Shown here in pieces: positions 36,101 to 48,100 of a DNA stretch of 64,000 bases. Source of the stretch: Lytechinus pictus (lineage: Eukaryota); the NCBI RefSeq assembly GCF_037042905.1, contig NC_087246.1, forward strand, positions 3,906,001 through 3,970,000. The letters run 5' to 3'. Made by a program: the position numbers and the translations under genes. How positions within the stretch are numbered: position 1 is the first letter of the stretch; every line of letters begins with the position of its first letter. The notes below the pieces were generated by a model. The model was not told the origin of the DNA. It searched no databases and saw nothing but the letters and a program-made list of their open reading frames with translations.

Positions 36101-39100
36101 CATTATCGCCCATCGACATTAGTGTTAACATCACATTCTAAACATAACTAGCAGTTTGGAGCATATTGTTGCCCAATTCGTCGGTGCATGTGAGCCTATG
36201 GCATCGCGACCCAGGCTTCATGGGGAGTAAGCCTACGTTGAGTAGAAAGACTTTTACTCCCCAGAAGCCTCCAGGCTAGTTCACCTCAGATTTTTCTATC
36301 ATTTTTTTACTGTTGCTTACCTTAGTTGGGACTCGAACTCACCTCGTTTTATCTGCAGTCAAGACCTCTTCCCGCTATGCTAGCGAGAAGCGCTGATACT
36401 GGAAGGGGTATGTTTGACTAGTCTAGACTCACAGACCCTTTACTGACTAAATAAACCGATGTCTATGGACAATTACATGCACTAGATCCTGATCGAAATT
36501 TGACGGAATAAAGCCATATTTTGGTATGTATTTCCACTCCCCAATCATACATGTTCTATATTAGGGCTAGATGTATTATTCTGAACCTTTTCCATGTTTT
36601 TATTTTCAATTTTAGTGGGGGTGCATATGGAACTCTTGCGGTTTTTTTGTATAGGCCTATTTTCTAAATCTTTTATTTGTTTCTGCTAAAATAAAAAAGA
36701 AATTGAAGTTCAAACTTAAAAAAAAACTTCCATCATTGACATTGATGATGAACTGCAATGATGTGACTTTTCTGAAGGTATTTGTGCCATTATTATATCA
36801 AATAAAAGGATTGTGCATATGATGAAGTGGACGAAGTTTAAAATTGCTGATGTGCAGATGCAGATGTGCTGAATTAAGAAAGTGAATTCGAATAGCACCA
36901 TCATACAGCTCGTAATCTACATGAATGCAGTCATATCTCATGTAAACCACTGACCAAACTGAGGGAATCCTTTTTAATCATTTTCTTATTTAAAAAAGAG
37001 TATTTCATTATTATCGATATAGTCTATAGTTTGTTTGGTCTTAATGAGACTGATTTTTGTCAAACATTTCTTCTGTTATGTTATGAAGCAATGTTTGCTG
37101 TCTTTGAAAATCAATAGTCACAGGACTAGCCCTGGATCAGAACGGACGGAATACCGGAATCCGTCTAATGTGTGCGGGTTCTGGTTTTGTTTTTCCTCTT
37201 CCGGTATTTCAATAAAACAATGTAATACATAACAAATAGTTTTAAAATTTTCTTCTGAAGAATATCTTAACATAATTATTGAGTATGTTTTATTTAGTCT
37301 TACCAATCATAACCCAGGTCTCTTTGTTACATTTCAGGTGACCGCCGAAAAATATGACAAGATGGGATAAAACTTGCCGATGTTTACATGGCCATCTTGT
37401 TTTCTTTGATAGTAGCTAAGCTACTAGACGCATATGGAGGGTGGCAGATTATATGCGTCTCGTAGCTCAGCTACTAACAAAGAGAACAAGATGGCCATGT
37501 AAACATCGGCAAGTTTTTTCCCGTTTTCTCATAATATTCTCGTTTTTTAATGAATGTTTGTTTAAAAATTAAATCAATATTGTATAATCTGTGACTTCAT
37601 TGTACTTCCCAGTTCATTAATTCATTTATCGGGATACCGGATTTCGACCAGCGCAACACTGGCGGATTCCGGAACAAAAAAATTCTGAAATGTCTCAGGC
37701 CTACACGGGACATTCATTGTGCGAGTTCTTCTTTATACGAACCTCGCATTAGTTTGAGTGGGTAAAGGACTAAAGGTAACGGTAAATACATGCATATCAA
37801 TTATTCTTAACTCTATCATCTTGGAAAACTGACTCACCAATTCATGATTCCATGTTTATTTCAGTTAAATTTCAGTTTTAAAGGAAGTAAAATCTGCAGC
37901 CTGTCTACTGTCATTAGACAGGCTTGATGGTGATTTATTTCTTTGTTTTTTATGAATAAAGATAAGTGTTTTCTTTTTAAAGACATAAGAAATCTGTAAT
38001 TGTCTCTTTTTATTGTCCCAGGTGAAGCCAAGAATACCTCTGATATGTGGATGGGTCCAGTCGGATGGGAGTGGATGTGGCTAGCAGTTGCTGCAGTGAT
38101 TGGAATATTTATCTTTCTTGGACTCAGAAAGAAGGGTCAAGGGTTACATGTAAGGCAGATGACTTACTACACTTATGATTAAAGATATCAATAGATCCTC
38201 TTGATAGTGTCTCTTTCCTCCCTCCCTTCCTTCCTCTCTTCCTCCTCATCATTAGCTTTCTTTTATTGTCTTCCTCTTCCTTCTGTTTATCCTCAACCTT
38301 TTTCTGCCTCATTTTCTTTGTCTTCCTCCTCTCCTCTTCCGCTTCCTCTTCTTTACTTTCTACATACAAAGTGAGCCAGAATTTTTTTGGGGGTATTGTA
38401 TTACATGAAATAAAGAATATTTCATTTTTTACTACTCATAAGCAGTAAAAGGTAATTTTAGATTTAAATTCACTGACATTAGCATTTGTGGTTTGGTGAT
38501 TATTCATGTATTCCTTTAAAATATTCTTTTCATCACATCCAAGCTGAAAAGTAACAAAGTGTGAGTAATCATTGGTATTTGACAGAAACCCAAACAATAG
38601 TTAATGTGCCAAAAGTGAGCAATGCAACAAATGATTTTCCAAATTGATCACTGATGTACTATTTTAGTCTTATGGTCTATACCATGCCTTTCTTTCTTAA
38701 AATTTGATTGCCATTGCTGGGAATGCTTACACATCTTCATTTGAAAGTGTTAGTGCTCTTCCAAATGAAAAATGGGAAAGGTCATTTGAGAAAAGTTTAT
38801 CATGAGCTAACCTTGAACTGGTTTATTGAATTACATACTTGTACATTATGTATCATCATAGAGACATTGCTGATGGAAGCACTCCAGACGTTTAACTTGC
38901 CTCTGGTACATAATTCAGAAGAGTAGTGATGGTTGGCTAATAGTAATGACTACTTAGACAAAGTTATGCCAGCTTTGATAATTTTTTCTTCCTGTTCTTT
39001 CCCTTCTCACCATCCTCCTATCCATCTTCATTATTATTATTGTTGTTGTTACTGTTGTTCATCTTGTTATTTATCTGTTTTCCAATTAAATTTTACTTTG

Positions 39101-42100
39101 CATATTGTAATGAAATTATTATTTTTTAAATCAACATGGTATTTAACATTTTGGTTGCAGTGAATGGTGGTGCTAATCTTGTGCAATCATCTATTTCATT
39201 TATCTTCTGTAGGTAAAATGCAAAGATGATCAGACTATATCCATATCAACATCAAATGAGATATCTTCACTTTATATAATATCAAACGTAAAGATATTCT
39301 ATGGAACTCAAACTGGTACAGCAAAGGTAAACTAAGATAAAACTTTTTTTTTGTTGGTTATCTCACCTGTACAGCTGAAACATGACATACACACTACTTT
39401 AACAGAGATAGTAGGAGCAGCATTGTTAATATCAAAATCTTTAAGGCCACCGCACACCTTACCATGGGCATGTGACGCGATTTTGGAATCAAACGTAGTA
39501 AAATTTGATGGGAATATGGAGACATGGAAAATCTTACTCTGTAAAATTATGAATCATTACACCGATTCTTATATTCATGTCTGTGACTTTGTTACCATCC
39601 TTATGAGGATTGGCTACGATTTGAAACTAATTTGGAACTTGCTGCAATAAAAAGGCCTGCAATTATCCAAAATTGTCATAAAAATTCTTACCCTTAATTT
39701 TAACCTGAAATAAAAAGATACTTTGATTTCACATTTTCAAAAAATAAGCAAAATTTGATTTCTTCCTAAGTTGGATCATGGACCAGTCTAAGGTGAAGGT
39801 TTTGAAATAAATTATTTATACGTTATCTCGGAACATTTATGAGAATTTAACGTAATTGATCATTTGACATTGATTTTTGGTCATATAAGCAAGTCTGGGT
39901 TTGTTTTTGTTCAATAAAAAATGAAAACTAGGCAGTTGTTATCAACTCGATGATAATCAATATGTTTTGTCCTTGTTTGTAGTCAAATTTTGGATCAATT
40001 TTGGCCAAATTGACTTGGTATCCAGAATTGTGTGTTTTCAAGTTCTAAAGCAATAGACAATTATTTCATTTTTTTTTTTGGGGGGGGGAGAGGTACATGT
40101 ATAGTTATTTATCAGACCTTTAAGAAAAGCAAATTTTTTGGTTGTTTGTTGATAACTTGTTATTTCTAATGATATCGCAGACACAAAATACATATTTCAT
40201 TTTTTGTAGGACCTTGCAACTCAACTAGCTAAAGATATCCCTAGCCCAGTGAAGAAAGATGTGATTGATCTGAAGGAGTTTGACCCAGAGAAACATGTTT
40301 TATTAGATGTAAGTCAGTTTTTAAAACACTTGAATAATGACTGGATAGATTCAATGGATACATCATTTTCTCCTGTATACCAGACTTGATAACCAAGGCT
40401 GTTTAATTTGACACCTTAGAATGGAAATTGATATACATATATTTGATAATACATAGAATGCCTGAAGGAGAGTCCAACCCAAATTGATTTTTTTAAAGAA
40501 AAAAAAAAGAATTCAGAGAAACATAAAACTGAAAGTGTGATCATTATCATACAATCTACAAAGAATATTGTGAAAAATATGTATAAACCAATATTTCAAT
40601 GAGGATATTAAAATTAGTGCCCTTTGGATGTAGGGTAGGGACAGCTCCTTAATTTGCTCCAATACACAACATCACTACAATGTTATCTTTTTCAAATGCT
40701 TTACTTGGAGTGATTTTCTTATACTTTTGAGCCAGATTAATGGTGCTATGAAATGTAAATAATAATTTCTGTCTCTTTTCAGCAAGATGATGAGACATTA
40801 TGTGTGTACATCCTATCTACCTATACGGATGGTGAGCCTCCTGAGGGTGGGGCATGGTTCTATCGATGGCTTCATGAATCCGTCAATGATTTTAGAGTGC
40901 CAAGAACTTTACTCAAAGGACATAGATTCGCTGTCTTTGGACTTGGGAATTCACTTTATCAGGATCATTATAACACAGTGAGTAGACCTATAGCAATCCA
41001 TTTGTCCCATTAAGGTCATACGTTCAGTTAATCACTCGACCAAAACTGATTTTTGGGCTGAAAACCAAAAGTAAGTTGATTGGGGAGAAACATGACAAAA
41101 AACAGAGTAAATCACCTTTAATTCGAATCATTTTGCCAAAAGGTGATCAGATAATGCTGTCGCACATGGATATCTTCATTTCAATTTAGACCATATGAGA
41201 CTTGCTCTTTCATTCACATTTGTGCCCACCCTAAACTTCCTGAGCTCAGCCGACAATCATGATAATCCCACTACCCTTACCAGCAACAGTGAACTAAACA
41301 GAATACTGACAATACTAATTATTCTACTGAAGGAAAAGGATCAAGAAAATTTTACCTGTAATATGCCTCTGAGGCCAGATTTTAGAACTGCATTTTAAAT
41401 TTTGTCCCATACTTCGTCCATGCTGTCACCATCTCTTTCACTCGGCTCTGCTCTTTCGCTCAACTAATATTTCAGACAAAGTAAGAGGGACGAACATGGA
41501 GTCTCTCTGTCCGTGCCTACAGTGCAGAAGACGTTTGCATTGCATTTTTATTCCACAAGTTTTAGTTGACACTGCTCCTTATTTCTTCAAGAGTGTGTCC
41601 AAAATATCTTCATAAGTTGATATTGATTTTGCCTCATAATTCATTTTTATTGTAAGGGGTGTGATTTAGTATCCAGATATGTAATAAAGATTGTTATTTG
41701 GTTATAGGTCAGTAAAAATGTACATCAATGGCTGACAGACTTGAGTGCCAGGCCATTCCTCCCAAGAGGAGAAGGGGATGGCAATGTTGCAGCAGGCAAG
41801 CATGGTGGTAAGTTCCAGATAGGGACTGGTCCATAAAACTTTAAATTACAGCAATTTTGTATAACTTAATTGTAATAATTGTATATTGATTAATTAATGC
41901 ATGGTTTCAGACTATAGATTCAAAACTGCCATTTGGAATTAATAATAATAATATAGGGTATTTATATTGCGCACATATCCACCTTGTTAGGTGCTCAAGG
42001 CGCTCCTATATTACCCGGCTTTTAGGAGCCAATGTGTTCTGTATAATGTATCTATATGAAAATGAAATATATGATATGTTCTTTACTCGGATCTTAGAGA

Positions 42101-45100
42101 CTTACATATTAGTAAGAATTTATTGGTTTCTGGAGGAATCACTTTGTATGAAGATGTTAAAAGTGTGGTTCTATAATGATTTCATCCTAATTGTTTGAAT
42201 ATTGCATCTTAGCATTTTTTCACTAGCTGTGCTGTGATTGATAACCTGGTATGAGATTATCATGAAGGAAATGGATTTATTATGTTTTCATTCACATTCT
42301 TCAACTTTAAAGTAAAATATCTTAATCAATTATTTTATTTGCTCATTGATAGGTACTGAGGCGGATTTTGCTGCATGGAAATCTGATTTTCTTCAGGCTG
42401 TAGTAAAGGGCAATGGAACTGGTGATAATGCATGCAGTTGTAATCAAAATGGAACATGCCAGTCGATAAGCAAAGGTCAAATGTCATTGAAGCAGGTGAG
42501 GTTTCTAAATATGATGAAACTCATATTGCTTCAGTATCCCAGATTTTTTCCATTCTTAGTTTTTCACAAGCTTTGTATCTTCTATTTCACTGTATAAGTT
42601 ATTTCACTGTATAAGTTTATCTGTCATTTATGGGTGGAAACATACACAGCAAGAGTTTATGTTGCACTCAACTTTATGTTCATTTGCTAAATATATGTAG
42701 AACATACCACTTTATTTTGTTGGTTTTTGTGTGTTGATTACTAGATTTCATACATTTGGTATAACTTGTAAGAGAAAAGAATAATAAATAAGTACATAGT
42801 TAGATAGATAAATGATTAGATATATATACAGACCAGTAATATTTCTGTGCTCTGTCATATGTGTTCCTTTTATTTAGAACACTGTGGATCAAGGTCTTGT
42901 TAATGATGATGAGGAGAAGGCTGATGATGGTTTGGACAGTGACCAGGAAGATCCTGATGAGATGGATGTCATTGATGTTGAAGACCTGGGATCAGTCATG
43001 AACAAGATGAAGAATGCCAAGGTTTGTGTGTTCTTAGACTTTGATTCTTTTGATAGGGGATGTGGTAGAGAAAGATAGAGTTGGTCATTTGCTCTGGTTA
43101 ACATCCACTTTGCCTACCATCAGATGGTCTAATTCTCGGGTCATATAACACCGTCATGGCTAAACCCAGTTGGTCTAATATCAATTTGGTGTAATTACTG
43201 ATTTGTACAAATATCACTTTGGTTTATTACTCACTTGATAGAACTGTCATTCAGTTTACTTTATTTCCCACTTTGTTAAATGAAGATTTGGGTAATAAAC
43301 AGTTTGTCTTATGATATAGACAAGTTGGATAGACCAAGTAAAATGGGTATAACCCAACTGGTGATAAGGCAAGGTAGGAAATGGACTCAATTAGACCAAA
43401 CTGGGTCGTAGACTCACTGGTTGTAGACGAAGTAGTGTTAGACAATGAAGGATGATACCATACAGAAAATAGACATTGTGGGTGTAGACCAATTTACCTT
43501 TACCACATGAGAATGAGAACCCTCCTGCAGTGTTTTCTAAGTGAGATGCCGGATGATGCAAATAGGAGTTGTGACTGGGAAAAATATTTTAGCAAGTCAA
43601 GAAAGGAATCAAGTTTTGTCTACTGCGTCGTACTGATCTTTGATTAATTGCTGATAGGAATTGTTGAATGATTTATCCAACAAAGTATGTCTTATCTGAC
43701 AGTTGATGTAGTAACAGTCATACAACTGTGCTTCACTGGTGCAGGAAAGTTGTTAGATAACAAGTTATGATGTAAGGCTGTACCTGATATGAATTGTTAA
43801 AAATAATAGGTTTTACCTCAAAAGTGCTGGGGAATAAAAATTTAAATAGTTTCTATGGCTTACTAATGGGAAATATTGTTAAGTAACATTCATGATATGT
43901 GCTTGATTTAGTACCAGTTATGATGGTGCATGATTCTAGTCACAAATTATCAAGCATCTTTTATGACTGTGACTACTTAAAAATCATTTGGAATAGTTTT
44001 AGTGTCTAGATACTAAACATCTTTATGTAAAGGTAGTGAAATCTTAAATGAATAGTCAATTTGAATTTCATTGTTGTGTGTAGGCCATGAATGGAGTAAA
44101 ACAAAGCACTGAACCAAAGGAAATGGTCACGCCTACCATCAGGAAAAATCTTACAAAGCAAGGTAATTATTCATATAATTTAGTAGAAAGAGAGATAAAA
44201 TGTCATCAAAGTTTTGAAAAAGAATAAAAAATTGAAATGCATTTTTGTTAGTATGAGAGATTCTATGTTTATGTAAATGAAAAACTGAAAGTTTGTAAAG
44301 TTTCTAGTTCATTTGAAACTGCATTGCTCTTGAATTATCATGGCTTTTGAAGTTTTTTAAGTGTCATAAGAATGGAGAAAAATGGGGGTTGGAATTATAA
44401 AAAGGTTGATAATTTGATGGAATAGCCCAGAAGATTACAAGGTTTCATATTTGAAGTGAAGATATCGGTATGCAGATGGGGCTATTTTCAAATGTTTTAC
44501 CAACAAACATCTCATTGTTATTGTTTTACAGGTTATCGAATCATTGGTTCTCATTCAGGAGTGAAGTTATGTAGATGGACAAAGGTGAGCTATTAATCAT
44601 TATAACTCTTAACAGTTCTTACCAAGAATAGAATGTTGGTTTGCTTAGACTCAACATAAGGAGTCATTAGGCTCCCAAATACATTTTTTTTCTTGATATG
44701 CACAATGGATTACATTTTAAAAAATTGTCAAACAATTAACATGTCTTATCTGTTTTTTCATGTTGTAAATAAAATGAAAAAGTAATTTTTTTTAAATGAT
44801 AATTGATCAAGCCTATGAGTTTTACCCCCAACCCCCCCCCCCCACTAAACTGTAGTCTGAAGTTAAGTCTGATTGAAGGCTCCACAATTTCCACCCCAAA
44901 TATTCTAAACTGTAGTCTGTATATGATTGAAGGCTCCGTCCAAACAGCTTGACCTATGACCTGATATATTATACATAATCTTCTCGGTCATAAGGCTGAG
45001 GAGTGATGTTTTTGTTACTTTTTCTTTGGCAATCTTGTTTTTCAAATGCATAAAGTTACATAACAATGTAGGACTTATCCATACAATAAGAGTAGAATAG

Positions 45101-48100
45101 TCAAGAAAAATTGAGGGTTGAATAACATGATGAATGACTGGAAAATAAAGTGTCAAACTATTTTACAATATGTGTAAATAAAAACTATGATGTTTTACAG
45201 AGCATGCTTCGTGGTAGAGGTGGATGTTACAAGCATACATTCTATGGTATTGAGAGTCATCGATGCATGGAGTCCACACCCAGTCTAGCATGTGCTAATA
45301 AATGTGTCTTCTGTTGGAGGTGGGTAGTACTAGGTTAACTCACAACATGAGTAACAATTCACATAAAGCCTGTATAGCTGCAAATTCTGTAGCCTTTAAC
45401 CCTAATATGACTGGGGGCTGATTCACCATCCCGTCAACTTTTTTCGCTGTAAATCTGTAAGGTTAAAAGTTTGCACTGTGTTGTTTAATGACCAAGTTTG
45501 TGACCCCCGGATACATGTTTCCAAAATTACATAAAATTTTGTATGTGCATGTCAACAGAAAATTGCTATATCATGTACAAATCCAAAGCACCTTAGAATT
45601 TAAACAATGCCAAACTCTGGCTGTTCTCAGATGCGATTGTTATTTGCCTGTTTCTTTAAGACAGTTTTAACCACAAGCAAGTTGAAGCTTTAACCTAAGT
45701 AGTCATTATATATCAGTACAAGATTTGAGATATTTGTTGATCTTCAAGCTGTTATCCCTACTCAAAGAAATGAAGTAGTTTTGTTTTACACTTATTTAAC
45801 TTGGGTAGCTTTTCCCATCATAAGTCTGTAACAGCAGATTCATTCATTATTGCATGCTAATGACCTATTGAAACAAGACCAATCAAAACTAAAATTTATT
45901 TATGTGTGTGTGTGTGTGTATGTGGGGAGGGGGGTTGTATTGTAGGTAAGGTAGCAGAGGAGGGGGTGTGGGATAACGGTTTAGGTAGCATGGGGGGGCT
46001 TACCTACATGCCACTTTTTTCTTTTCAATTGCTTATGAAGCAAATGTCACCATCTAGTTCTAAATGCTCAATTCGTCAGGGAAAGTTCTCTGTAATAAGC
46101 CGAATAGACATTTGGGCTTCTAAAACTAAACTTAGAGTAACCCTTCCTTGTTGTACCTGAATTTTAGCCGAACTCAAGATACAAGCATTTTTGTATTGCA
46201 TCTATGAAAGCTTCAATATGTCTTTCACATTATAAAGCATACTCCTGATTATATGGTAAATAGCATATATCCATATTATTATTAAAGCTTAGGAAATGCT
46301 TTTTCAAAATCTGTAGAATATTACCTGACTTGTTGTGAGTTTTTAGCTGAGTGGTCAGAAATATTCAGAGACATCATTGAGCATGCAGGAATAGTCTGCA
46401 AGCATACATGTATTTGTCATAAGATTTTTATTTGTTATGTTTCTCCTTCCAGACACCATACAAACCCAGTTGGTACGGAGTGGAAATGGCAAATGGATGA
46501 TGCTGAAACCATCGTAGAGGGAGCCCTAAAGAACCACTATAACTTGATTAAACAATTCAAAGGTATGATTCTGGTACAAGATGAGATTTTGCTCAGTAAT
46601 TACCAAAATAATCCTGCCATCCTAACCGAAATTATTCTTAGCAATATTGATATACATGCCCATGTGTGCTTATTTATGTTTGTGTGATTTTGAGTAAAAT
46701 GGGTTTTATTGAAGTTTTCATTATTAATATTTGGTTCTCTTTACATATTTCAAACTATTTCAAAACTTAGCCCCCCCCCATAAAATTGTTGACTTGGCGT
46801 AATAGGCCAATGAAAATTTGGGTAGGTAGGGTGGATTTTTTTTTCTTTTGGTCGTTGTTGTCGCTTATATTTGCATATTATATGAAAGTAGCAATTTATA
46901 CACATACATACAGTGGCGTAGCTAGATCCTCAGACCTTGGGGATGATCTGATGAGGGGTAGAACACAATATCATATGTTCAAATAACTCTCCCCACATAT
47001 ATACACACTAATATATATGGACACAGAACGAGCCAGAAATTGTTGAAATCATGAAAGCAAAGAACATCCAGGGTTTTTCCGCATTGCAATATCGATGTTT
47101 ACGCGATCGATCGCGATCAATATCAGATTTTTTTTTTTAAAAGCAAAGGGTCGGCGATATATTTCGGGTCGGGCGGGTTACGCCAAGTAAACAATTTTTT
47201 TGGGGGGACCTTAGTTAGATCGTTGATGATTACAATTTTCTATTGCTATTTATTACTCACTGCAACTACTCCAGTTTGACTGTGACAATGATTATTCTTA
47301 TGACACATCCAGGAGTTCCAGGGGTAAAGCAAGAAAGAATGATTGAAGCGATGAGGGTGCAACATTGCGCCCTATCACTGGTAGGAGAACCCATCATGTA
47401 CCCTAAGATCAATCGTCTTGTAGAACTACTCCATAAGGAAAAGATCTCCACCTTCCTTGTTACAAATGCTCAGTTTCCTGATGCAATCAAGTAAGTCTTG
47501 GTGGTTTGTTACAAGAATCTATCATTGAAAAACCCATGTCATGTTTATACTGCTGGTAATATTGGCATAGGCTGAAAGGTAAAATCCACCCCAACAAGTC
47601 GATTTGAATAAATAGAGAAAAATTGAACAAACATAAATGTGACATTGTAATTGGAATCAAAAAGTTAATTAGAAAGTTATGACATTGAAGGTTTCTGTAT
47701 TTTTGCAAGACCATTTTTTTTAAGATTCTGACATACTATTCATTTTATATATTGCGATATTTTTACCTTTCTCTTGTAGGAATCTGCTACCAGTTACTCA
47801 GTTGTATGTGAGTGTTGATGCTAGTACAAAGGAAAGCTTGAAGAAAGTAGATCGCCCTCTATTTAGAGACTTCTGGCCAAGGTTCCTTGATAGCTTGAAA
47901 GCCCTTTCTGATAAGGTAGGGATAGAATCAGTGTACTGTATACGTAATTTACATTTTAATGTTAGTATATACCTGTACATGTACAATTTGGGATTTGAGT
48001 CAACGTGGGTAATAAAGTTTGGCAGATAATTTTGGTCTCAGGCTGAGAAATGTATTAATACAAATTATTTAAAAGAAAAGAATATAAAGTGGTGCTCAAA

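Noticed and set aside
38124-38448. Lys/Glu-rich and Ser/Phe-rich ORFs
   Set aside because: Translations of a CT-rich low-complexity intronic tract.
41010-41600. GC-richer stretch in TYW1 intron 5 with a possible minus-strand donor
   Set aside because: No sustained ORF or recognisable termini; probably an old repeat fragment that cannot be classified.
43521-43650. Good-looking acceptor (CCTCCTGCAG) and a possible C/D-box snoRNA (ATGATGC...CTGA) in TYW1 intron 8
   Set aside because: No phase-0 donor before the stop; the C box is imperfect and no convincing guide or terminal stem is present.
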